Source: Sulfurovum sp. (GTDB lineage Bacteria; Campylobacterota; Campylobacteria; Campylobacterales; Sulfurovaceae). From it: a DNA stretch of 32,530 bases. The stretch is from positions 1 to 32,530 of the forward strand of contig DQVY01000133.1 of assembly GCA_015661535.1 (NCBI GenBank), in the 5' to 3' direction. Of this stretch, positions 8,411 through 16,461 are shown in pieces. A program made the translations under genes and the position numbers. The notes under the pieces are model-generated. The model ran no database searches, had not been told where the DNA came from, and saw nothing but the letters and a program-made list of their open reading frames with translations. The stretch's first letter is position 1. Every line of letters begins with the position of its first letter.

Positions 8411-8725
8411 ATGAATAATTTTACTAAATTAGCCGTTGCTGCTTTACTTGGAATGACACTGCTTTCTACAACGGCTTCTGCTGATGTAAAAAAAGGTCAA
8501 AAGATCTATCTTAAAAAACTGAAGGCACGTTGTGGTTTCTCAGGGGCTAAGTTTGCACATAAGCATACTCAGGATGAATGGGAAGCTATCAATGAAGCTG
8601 GAAAATTTGCTGCTGAGGTCAAAAAATTGTGTCCAAAAGCAACTATAAAAGCTAAATATGTTCCGCATGTGTATGATTTTGTATATGAATATGCAAAAGA
8701 TTCAGGAAATGTACCTAGCTGTTAA
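8411..8725 (+). CDS. Secreted cytochrome-c-like protein lacking CxxCH (paralog 2)
   Basis: Signal peptide; GQKIYLKKL..CGFSGAKFAHKHTQDEW..CP..NVPSC. Confidence 0.8.
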   Translation: MNNFTKLAVAALLGMTLLSTTASADVKKGQKIYLKKLKARCGFSGAKFAHKHTQDEWEAINEAGKFAAEVKKLCPKATIKAKYVPHVYDFVYEYAKDSGNVPSC

Positions 8726-8866
8726 TAGTAATTTAAGTTAAATAGCTATATTATTTGCTTGATAAATAAATGGTATTGATTATGAAAGTATTTTATGATC
8801 AATAAAATACATAGGTGTCTATACATAGAGTTATAGATAAATTTATAAATTAAAAAAGGAATTAAA

Positions 8867-9163
8867 ATGAAAAAATTAGCAATCACAATGTTACTTGCAG
8901 GATCTACACTACTTATGGCTGACGGTGCTGCGGCATACGCAAAATGTGTTGGATGTCATGGTGCAAACGGTGAAAAAGCTGCACTTGGTAAATCTGCAAT
9001 TATTACAGGTCAAGATGCTGCTAAAACTGTAGAGCAACTTAACGGTTACAAAGCTGGTACACTTAACCAACACGGAATGGGTGGTCTTATGAAAGGTCAA
9101 GTAGCTTCTATGGATGATGCTGCTATTAAAGCGGTTGCAGATTACATTGCAGCAATGAAATAA
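8867..9163 (+). CDS. Cytochrome c553
   Basis: Signal peptide, CVGCH, distal Met in GLMKGQ; class I cytochrome c length. Confidence 0.95.
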   Translation: MKKLAITMLLAGSTLLMADGAAAYAKCVGCHGANGEKAALGKSAIITGQDAAKTVEQLNGYKAGTLNQHGMGGLMKGQVASMDDAAIKAVADYIAAMK

Positions 9164-9174
9164 TTCTTTCTACC

Positions 9175-9202
9175 TTTCAAAAGCCTTTTTAGGCTTTTGA
9201 AA
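9175..9202. terminator. Bidirectional intrinsic terminator
   Basis: TTTCAAAAGCCT-TTTT-AGGCTTTTGAAA between convergent genes. Confidence 0.8.
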
Positions 9203-9229
9203 TTTCCTCTTCACTTTTACATATACATA

Positions 9230-9622
9230 CTATTTTTTAGGTAAGTCTTTACCAGAAGTACATTTTCCAGCTTCACATTTCATTGTTTCATTGGCTTCTT
9301 TCTCTTTCTTTCGTACATTATCTGTAGAACACTTCGTACTCAATCTACCTGTTTTATCGACACGTACACAATCATACAGTGCTTTGGTTGTTGTAGATGC
9401 GATCACACATTCTCTACGTGTATCATCTTCTCTTAGCTGGTCAAGTATATTGATTTTCTTTTTGACAAGCACAGCGGAGCCATCTACCATAGAAGCACCA
9501 CATTTACCTGCACCACATTTCATACCACCCTCGGTGAGGGATTTCTTTTTTTCTTTATCACTGCACCCTGTAATTAGAAGGCTGAGAGTAAGTATAGAGA
9601 GTGTTAAAATTTTATTTTTCAT
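9230..9622 (-). CDS. Cys-rich lipoprotein with two MKCxAGKC motifs (HvfA-like repeat)
   Basis: Likely start MKNKIL at 9622 with AAAGGA RBS; lipobox LITGC; MKCGAGKCG and MKCEAGKCT. Confidence 0.8.
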   Translation of the reverse strand: MKNKILTLSILTLSLLITGCSDKEKKKSLTEGGMKCGAGKCGASMVDGSAVLVKKKINILDQLREDDTRRECVIASTTTKALYDCVRVDKTGRLSTKCSTDNVRKKEKEANETMKCEAGKCTSGKDLPKK

Positions 9623-9638
9623 GTTTATTGTCCTTTTA

Positions 9639-9708
9639 TGTAGGGTGGTGCATTTTGTGCCCACCTTTTATTTTTGGTGGGCTTACTTCGATAAAAGCCC
9701 GCCCTACA
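9639..9708. repeat. GTAG-family REP doublet (REPIN-like)
   Basis: TGTAGGGTGGTGCATTTTGTGCCCACC followed by the inverted unit GGTGGGCTT...AAGCCCGCCCTACA; the right end overlaps the cusA TAG stop. Confidence 0.7.
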
Positions 9709-12700
9709 GTTTTTTCTGTTGTTTGTTTAGTAAATGTTTCTCATACATTTCAAAAAAGATAGGTATAAGTAGTAAACTCAGTACAGCAGATGTCACTACT
9801 CCTCCTATCATTGGAGCAGCAATACGCTGCATGACTTCTGATCCTACACCTGTGGTAAGCATGATAGGAAAGAGTCCTGCCAAAATGGCAAATACAGTCA
9901 TAAGTTTAGGACGTACCCTTTGTACCGCACCTTCATAGATGGCGGCATCTAAATGTGTATGGTCAAATCTGTCTCCTGCCTGTGCTTTACTTTCATTGAC
10001 ACTTTCATGAAGGTAAACGATCATCACAATGGCAGTTTCTGCCGCAATACCCAGCAGTGCCAAGAATCCTACGATGACCGCAATACTCATATTGAAATCA
10101 AGCATATGTATATACACAAGACCACCTACAAGTGCAAATGGAAGTGTAAAAAATACAATGAGTGTTGGTATGAGGTCTTTCAGTGCCATATAGATAAGCA
10201 CAAAAATGACCAAAAGTACCGTAGGAATGATCCATGTCATTTTTTTCATTGCCGATTCCAGGTATTCAGATTGACCTGCCCACTCATAGTAATACCCAGT
10301 AGGGAGTTTAAGATCAGCAAGGACTTTCATCGCCTCTTCTTTATAGGTCACGACACTCATACCCTGTTGTGGTGTAATATAGACAAAAGTAACAGGCGTT
10401 GCCATTTCTGATTTTATGACTGAAGCACTTTCCCTGTATTGGATTTTAGCAAAGGTAGAAAGAGGGACAAAACCAAGTGGTGTTTTGACTTGTATATTTT
10501 TAATGTCTTCAAGTGTGCGTCTCTCTTCTTCCTCGAAGCGTAATGCAATAGGATAACGTTCCAGACCTTTATACATCGTTGTTAATTTTTGTCCGCCAAT
10601 AGCTGCAGAGGTATAAGTATTGATGAGATCTTTCGTAATATTGTAGCGTTGTAAAGCTTCTGTATCAATTTCAATATCGATGAAGAAACCAGCAGATGCC
10701 TGGTCGGAAAAGACAGACTGGGTACTTTTCATGTCTCTGAGTTTACGTTCTATCTCCAAGGCCACTTTTTGTAAACCGTCAGCATCTTTACCATAGAGTT
10801 TAATGCCAATAGGGGTTCTGATACCTGAGAGAAGCATATCGATACGTCCACGGATAGGGTAGGTCCAAGAATTGACCAGTCCAGGTACCTGTAGTGCCGC
10901 TTCCATCTCAACCATGAGTTTTTCTCTGGTCATACCAGGACGCCATTCTTCTTTTGGTTTAAAGGTGATGATGGTCTCAAGCATTCCGAGTGGTGCGGGG
11001 TCGGTCGCGGACTGTGCACGTCCGCCTTTTCCAAAGACTGTTTTTACTTCAGGAAAAGACTTGATGATCTTGTCCGTTTTTTGTGTCAGTGCCTTACTTT
11101 GATCGACAGAGATACCATAAGGGGTTACAGGCATATACATCATCGTCTGTTCATCGAGCATAGGCATAAATTCCCAGTTTAGTTTTTCATAAAGTGGTTC
11201 TGCAAATGCCAAAACAATGATAGCCAAGGCTATGACCAAATATTTTAATTTAAGTCCATAAACAAGTATGGGATGGTAGAGCCATATAAAAAACCTGTTG
11301 AGTGGGTTTTTTGACTCCGGAATAATTTTTCCTTTGACAAAAAAGATCATCAGTACGGGTACTAAAGTAACAGAAAGGATGGCACCTGCTGTCATGGCAA
11401 AGGTTTTTGTAAAGGCAAGGGGAGAGAAAAGTAATCCTTCCTGTCCGTTGAGTGCAAAAATAGGTAAAAACGAGACAACGACCAGTGCCAGCGCAAAGAA
11501 AATAGGACGCCCTACAAGCTGGGATGACTTGACAATGACATCTGTACGTTCAATATTATCAAGAGGACCTCCCTTTTTATTTTCCGCTTTGTGTATGGAT
11601 TTATGGGCATTTTCTATCATGACTATGGAGGCATCAACCATGGCACCTATAGCAATGGCAATACCTCCCAGGCTCATAATATTTGAACCAATACCAAAAA
11701 GTTTCATAAGTAAAAAAGGTAAAGCAATGGTAAGTGGCAAAACGATGAACATGATGAGGGTAGACCTGAAATGCATCAGGAAAAGGCCAATGATGATCAC
11801 AACGATGATACTCTCTTCAATCAGGGTATGTTCCAGTGTTTCTACAGAAGCTTCAATGAGTTCAGAACGGTCATAGGTAGTGACAACATCTACACCTTCT
11901 ACATGAAGCTCTTTCATTTTATCTTTGATTCTTTCAAGGGCAGAGTATACATCTTCACCGTAACGTACCATGACAATGCCCCCAACGACTTCACCTTCAC
12001 CATTAAGATCTGCCATACCACGTCTGGCAGCAGGTATAAGTTCAACACGTCCAATGTCGCCAAGTGTAAGCGGTATACCATCTTTGGTGGTCACAACAAG
12101 GTTACGGACATCATCTAAGTCTTTGATATATCCTTTGGCCTGTACCATCCATTCAAAGCCATTTTGAATGACGATACGACCACCTGTATCATTATTGTTC
12201 TCTTTCAATGTTTTGGCTACATCTTTAATGGAAAGGTTATATTGTACCAAGGCATCATTGTTCACAGTGATTTGATAGGTAGGTACAAATCCGCCAATAC
12301 TGGCAACTTCAGAGACACCATCAACACCCATAAGTGCATACTTATAGTAGTAGTCTTGCAGGGTACGCAGTTCATCAAGTGTTTTGGTCTTAGATGTGAG
12401 TGCATACTCGTATGCCCAGCCCACACCTGAGGCATCAGGCCCTAGTGCAACTTCCATACTTGGAGGAAGTTGACTTTGTATGGAAGCCAGTTGCTCCAAG
12501 ACACGGCTTCTCCCCCAGTAGAGGTCTGTTCCTTCTTTAAAAATGATATAAATAAGACCATTTTCATAGGTTGAGAACCCTCTTACAGTTTCAATATTCG
12601 CGATGGCAAGAAACTGTGCAACCAAAGGGTAGGTTCCCTGATCTTCAATGATCTCAGGACTTTGTCCATTCCAGGTGATCTGTACAATAACCTGTGGAGG

Positions 12701-12829
12701 AGAGAGGTCAGGCAGAGCATCTAAAGGTGTATTCTTCATTGCCCATATGGAGCCCAGTATGAGAAAGACAGTAGATATCAGGATCAAAAAACGGTTTTTA
12801 ACGCTAAAAGCTATCAGAGATTCAATCAT
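9704..12829 (-). CDS. cusA: CusA-type heavy-metal RND efflux permease (Cu+/Ag+)
   Basis: DALPDLS, GPDASGVGW and AIGAMVD motifs. Equivalents of the CusA Met triad are present: YMPVT, APLGMLET, RIDMLLSG. Confidence 0.93.
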   Translation of the reverse strand: MIESLIAFSVKNRFLILISTVFLILGSIWAMKNTPLDALPDLSPPQVIVQITWNGQSPEIIEDQGTYPLVAQFLAIANIETVRGFSTYENGLIYIIFKEGTDLYWGRSRVLEQLASIQSQLPPSMEVALGPDASGVGWAYEYALTSKTKTLDELRTLQDYYYKYALMGVDGVSEVASIGGFVPTYQITVNNDALVQYNLSIKDVAKTLKENNNDTGGRIVIQNGFEWMVQAKGYIKDLDDVRNLVVTTKDGIPLTLGDIGRVELIPAARRGMADLNGEGEVVGGIVMVRYGEDVYSALERIKDKMKELHVEGVDVVTTYDRSELIEASVETLEHTLIEESIIVVIIIGLFLMHFRSTLIMFIVLPLTIALPFLLMKLFGIGSNIMSLGGIAIAIGAMVDASIVMIENAHKSIHKAENKKGGPLDNIERTDVIVKSSQLVGRPIFFALALVVVSFLPIFALNGQEGLLFSPLAFTKTFAMTAGAILSVTLVPVLMIFFVKGKIIPESKNPLNRFFIWLYHPILVYGLKLKYLVIALAIIVLAFAEPLYEKLNWEFMPMLDEQTMMYMPVTPYGISVDQSKALTQKTDKIIKSFPEVKTVFGKGGRAQSATDPAPLGMLETIITFKPKEEWRPGMTREKLMVEMEAALQVPGLVNSWTYPIRGRIDMLLSGIRTPIGIKLYGKDADGLQKVALEIERKLRDMKSTQSVFSDQASAGFFIDIEIDTEALQRYNITKDLINTYTSAAIGGQKLTTMYKGLERYPIALRFEEEERRTLEDIKNIQVKTPLGFVPLSTFAKIQYRESASVIKSEMATPVTFVYITPQQGMSVVTYKEEAMKVLADLKLPTGYYYEWAGQSEYLESAMKKMTWIIPTVLLVIFVLIYMALKDLIPTLIVFFTLPFALVGGLVYIHMLDFNMSIAVIVGFLALLGIAAETAIVMIVYLHESVNESKAQAGDRFDHTHLDAAIYEGAVQRVRPKLMTVFAILAGLFPIMLTTGVGSEVMQRIAAPMIGGVVTSAVLSLLLIPIFFEMYEKHLLNKQQKKL

Positions 12830-13962
12830 TAGTAGATACCATTGATCTGTGCATCTGAGTCCATCATAAAGAGAGCATTATTGACAATGCTTTCATTTTC
12901 ATGTAAACCGCTCAGTACTTCAAAGCGCTTGTTATCAAGAGGTTTTATGCTTATTTCAACAGGTTCATATTCACCTTTAAACTCTGTAGCCAAAAAAGCG
13001 TACCATGTACCACTTTTACGTATGGCAGCTGTTCTGGGTATAACAAGACGACTTTTACTCAGTTCAGAAGCATGTACTTTGGCATACATACCGGGTTTTA
13101 GTGTTTGTGCTTTATTATCAATGGTTAATCTTAGGGTTGCGGTAGCTTCTTTAGGGTCTAACATAGGGTAGAGCAGGGTTTTGTCTGCCATGAAAGTTTC
13201 CGATATACCTTTTACTTTTACCATGTAGTGTTCAAGTTTATCTAAATTCTCCAGTTGATTTTGAAAAAGTTTTACTTCCATCCAGACTTTATCAATATTG
13301 ATGATCTGGAACAATCTTTTTTTATCAGTAAAAGAGGCACCTTCATTAATGTTCTTTTCAAATATCCAGCCAGATATCGGGGCATATACTGTAGTGTATG
13401 TATCTGCTCTAAGTGATTTTTTGATCTCTTTTATTTCTCTTTCATCTACCCCTAAAAGTCTAAGTTTTATGAGGGCACTTTTAAGCATTTCAGGCATAGC
13501 TGTTTTACGGTTATATTTAATAGAATTGAGGTAATCCTGTTTTGCTTTATAGACCTCCGGAGAATAGACTTTGACCAAAGGGTCTCCTTTTTTGACTCTT
13601 TTGTAAAGTGTATCGGCATAGAGTTCTTTGATAAACCCTGAGTACCAGGTAAGGACATCGACTTTTGCATCATCCTGGGCAACTATGTATCCATAGTTTA
13701 CTTGTTCTTTTGCTGTTGATTCTCTTTGTACGGTTGTGGTTGTCACATTAAAAAGTTGTTCAACGGTATGTTTGTTTTTATTTTCTTTTAATGGTTTATT
13801 TTCGGAAGCAGGAGAGCTTTTTTTAGAGCTTTTTTGAGGTACTTTTTTAGTACTATTTGCATCTCCCGCACTACATTTTCCTGTTTCACATTTCATTGCC
13901 GTTTCGGCAGATATTGTGTATGGTGCTATCAGTAAGGCAGCGATTATGAGGGTCTTGAACAT
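12829..13962 (-). CDS. cusB: CusB-type RND periplasmic adaptor with N-terminal MKCETGKC
   Basis: VKKGDPLVKVYSPE, APISGWI and LKPGMYA motifs; operon position. Confidence 0.88.
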   Translation of the reverse strand: MFKTLIIAALLIAPYTISAETAMKCETGKCSAGDANSTKKVPQKSSKKSSPASENKPLKENKNKHTVEQLFNVTTTTVQRESTAKEQVNYGYIVAQDDAKVDVLTWYSGFIKELYADTLYKRVKKGDPLVKVYSPEVYKAKQDYLNSIKYNRKTAMPEMLKSALIKLRLLGVDEREIKEIKKSLRADTYTTVYAPISGWIFEKNINEGASFTDKKRLFQIINIDKVWMEVKLFQNQLENLDKLEHYMVKVKGISETFMADKTLLYPMLDPKEATATLRLTIDNKAQTLKPGMYAKVHASELSKSRLVIPRTAAIRKSGTWYAFLATEFKGEYEPVEISIKPLDNKRFEVLSGLHENESIVNNALFMMDSDAQINGIY

Positions 13963-13963
13963 A

Positions 13964-15157
13964 TTAAATTTCTCCTATGAGTGATTTTAGTTTGGCTTCT
14001 ATCCTGAAGAATTCGGCTTTTATGGCAACATTATCTTCTTCCAAATTGAGCTTCTGCTCAAGTAAGTTTGTGTATTCAAATAGGTTACCTCCTTCTTGAA
14101 TACTTGCCTGCGTAAGCTCAAACATGTGCTCAAGTTGAGGCAGTGTTTCATTGTTGAGTATCTTGTAGATACTATAGGCTTCTATAAGTTTGGCATAGTA
14201 TGTTTGTATCTCACTTTTTAAAGCATATTTGTAATCCAATGAAGCACTTGCTGTGGCTAACATCTCTTTTCTTGCAGCTTCCGTTTTAAGTTTTTCTGAA
14301 CCATATAGAGGCATTGATGCCCCAATAACAACACTTGCATAATTATTATAACTGCTACGGTTAAAGTAGCCCACTTGGACAAAAGGATCTGGTGTTGTAT
14401 CTAGATCAAGCATATCTCTGTTTGTACGTGCAACGTCGTTTTGAGACAGTTTCATCGTATAGTTTGGATTGTTTGTATACTTGGAGAGATAGTAGCTTAG
14501 GCTTTTAGGTTTATGGATGCGTAAAGTGTCAGAAATATGTTTTACTTTTGTATTTACAAGGTATGTGAGTTTTGCCTGCTGGCTTTTCAGTAAGGCCTTA
14601 TAGTTGGCAGCTTTAATTTTTACTTTGGTTAAGAGAAGGCTGGCATTCATACTATTGGTATGGTTTTGACTCTCTGTAGACGCATAAGAGGTATATAAAG
14701 CGATATTTTGTTTAGATACCCCAATATATTCCTGAACGATTTTTATACGTGCTTCTAACTCTTTAATGGTGTAGGCAGTTTTGCGTATCTCTTCTGCAAG
14801 GGCAGTTTTAGCAGATTCATAGGAGTCGAATATTACCTTTTTTTGTGCCTCTGTATATTTTTTACGTGCATCTAATTTACCAAACCAGGGGAATTTTTGT
14901 TTGACATTGAGAGCTTCAAATTGCATAGGCTCAAGATTTCGATTACCGGGATCTGCAAACTGAATATCATTAATGCTTAAAGAGATATCAGGATTGCTAA
15001 AGTTCTGTGAAAGAGAAATTTGTTCATCCATTGCGGAGAGTCTATGTTCTATGGTTTTAAGAGAAGGGTGTTTTTTTAAAGCAATATGAATGAGTTGCTC
15101 AATACTCTGTGCATTGAGAATCATCATGCTGAGCATCATTAAAAGTAGGGTACGCAT
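13964..15157 (-). CDS. TolC-family outer membrane efflux protein
   Basis: Signal peptide, ALKKHPSL and QKFPWFGKL motifs, helical repeats; first gene of the RND operon. Confidence 0.88.
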   Translation of the reverse strand: MRTLLLMMLSMMILNAQSIEQLIHIALKKHPSLKTIEHRLSAMDEQISLSQNFSNPDISLSINDIQFADPGNRNLEPMQFEALNVKQKFPWFGKLDARKKYTEAQKKVIFDSYESAKTALAEEIRKTAYTIKELEARIKIVQEYIGVSKQNIALYTSYASTESQNHTNSMNASLLLTKVKIKAANYKALLKSQQAKLTYLVNTKVKHISDTLRIHKPKSLSYYLSKYTNNPNYTMKLSQNDVARTNRDMLDLDTTPDPFVQVGYFNRSSYNNYASVVIGASMPLYGSEKLKTEAARKEMLATASASLDYKYALKSEIQTYYAKLIEAYSIYKILNNETLPQLEHMFELTQASIQEGGNLFEYTNLLEQKLNLEEDNVAIKAEFFRIEAKLKSLIGEI

Positions 15158-15175
15158 CGGGTTTCCTTAATTGTG

Positions 15176-15244
15176 TTAAGGGCATCTCTAATAATAGGTG
15201 ATTCCCAAAGGGTGGGGTTTACCTATTATTAGAAGTGCCCTTAA
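15176..15244. mobile_element. MITE-like hairpin flanked by TTAA
   Basis: TTAA-GGGCATCTCTAATAATAGGT...ACCTATTATTAGAAGTGCCC-TTAA; ~31-bp imperfect stem. Confidence 0.6.
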
Positions 15245-15248
15245 GTGT

Positions 15249-15280
15249 ATAGTAGTTTTTTTATGTGTATAAAGTGTGCA
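15249..15280 (-). promoter_or_regulatory. Candidate cus operon promoter with degenerate DccR-type box
   Basis: On - strand: TGCAC-N6-TACAC-N10-TACTAT, the same geometry as 8348-8379. Confidence 0.5.
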
Positions 15281-15346
15281 CATCTGCTTATATAAAAAAT
15301 ATATTATAGCATTTATCAGAAAATAAAAGAAAACCTATTGATTTAC

Positions 15347-15375
15347 TTGACAATTAAAATATAATTGGCTAGAAT
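15347..15375 (+). promoter_or_regulatory. Sigma70 promoter
   Basis: TTGACA-17 bp-TAGAAT. Confidence 0.75.
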
Positions 15376-15389
15376 ACACTCAGAAATTA

Positions 15390-15535
15390 AAAAAGCACTT
15401 GTAAAAACCCTAGATATTTACATTGGACAAGGGCATTGTTTTTTATTTAGCTATTTATTGTCTCCCCTATATTTAATAGAGAAGCTAAAAAAACAATGTT
15501 AGTAGATCACTCTAGGGTCTTTAGAGGTGCTTTTT
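15390..15535 (+). other. Long nested inverted-repeat element (decayed MITE or structured RNA leader)
   Basis: 25-bp outer stem (15390-15414/15511-15535, 2 mismatches and 1 G-U), an internal bubble and an ~18-bp inner stem. Confidence 0.6.
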
Positions 15536-15597
15536 GCATTTGTATAGTGTATAATACACTCTTAAATATAAATGTTTATATAGTAAAGGAAAAGTGT

Positions 15598-16056
15598 ATG
15601 TCCCCCAGTTGTCCAATATCTACAAGAAGAGTTGACTCAAATATGGTCAGGATCATATCTTTCCAAGTAGTTCTTTTTTCTCTTATACTTCTTATTACCC
15701 AGGAAAGTGTCTTTGCACTTATACTCTTTTTTGACTTTTTTATCAGAGCTGTTCGTAAACCTGAATTCAGTCCTTTTCACATTGTAGGACAATTTGTACT
15801 TACCGGATGGGGGATCGCTCCTAAACTGTGTGATGAATCTCCTAAAAGGTTTGCACTCTATTTAGGTTTGGTCGCTTCACTGTTCTTGGCAGTATCTCTT
15901 CTTGCCGGATTTACAATGATAGCGACATTTATTACCGCTATATTGTTAATTTGTGCACTTTTAGAGACAGTATTCGATTTTTGTATAGGATGTAAGATAT
16001 ACTACGCTATTCAAATAGGTAAAGGTTTATTTAATAATGATAGGAATCTCAAGTAA
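15598..16056 (+). CDS. DUF4395-family membrane protein
   Basis: Likely start MSPSCP with AAAGGA RBS; PKRFA and FCIGC motifs; 4 TM helices. Confidence 0.75.
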   Translation: MSPSCPISTRRVDSNMVRIISFQVVLFSLILLITQESVFALILFFDFFIRAVRKPEFSPFHIVGQFVLTGWGIAPKLCDESPKRFALYLGLVASLFLAVSLLAGFTMIATFITAILLICALLETVFDFCIGCKIYYAIQIGKGLFNNDRNLK

Positions 16057-16450
16057 AACAATTTATGCCGTTGCGGCATTAGAAGAACTTGGAAAGAGTT
16101 CAGACCGCAAAGTACTCAAAATAAAAGAGATAGCAGCCAATGCAGACATTCCTCAAAACTTTTTGGAACAGATACTTTTAGAGCTTAAGAAGCAGGGGCT
16201 TCTTGCAAGTATCAAAGGTGCACATGGCGGGTACAAACTTGCCAAAGACCTGAAAGATATTACACTGAAAGATGTTGTCCTTATCTTAGAATCTGATATG
16301 TTTTCCAATACACAGGAAACAGACAACCCAGGATTAAAACTTTTTTGGGAAGATATGTTGTCGAATGTTTCCAAAGTATTTGAGATCCCTTTGTCTGAAA
16401 TTAAAAACTATCAACTTAAAGCAACACAAACACTTAATTATTCAATATAG
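16037..16450 (+). CDS. Rrf2-family regulator, Cys-less CymR-like
   Basis: FLEQILLELKKQGLLASIKGAHGGYKLAK; no Cys residues; ends NYSI. Confidence 0.92.
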   Translation: MIGISSKTIYAVAALEELGKSSDRKVLKIKEIAANADIPQNFLEQILLELKKQGLLASIKGAHGGYKLAKDLKDITLKDVVLILESDMFSNTQETDNPGLKLFWEDMLSNVSKVFEIPLSEIKNYQLKATQTLNYSI

Positions 16451-16461
16451 GAAACACAATC

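Noticed and set aside
9623-9664. GTG-start extension of the lipoprotein
   Set aside because: It lies within the REP; the signal peptide and RBS support the start at 9622.
9291-13682. Many ORFs (up to 215 aa) overlapping the cus operon
   Set aside because: Antisense or alternate-frame shadows of strong genes, with no motifs recognised.
15496-15597. N-terminal extension of the DUF4395 ORF
   Set aside because: It runs through the palindromic element and a -10 box; the RBS supports the ATG at 15598.
15300-15597. SAM or other known riboswitch upstream of the Met/Cys enzyme
   Set aside because: No recognisable SAM-I/II or T-box conserved nucleotides.
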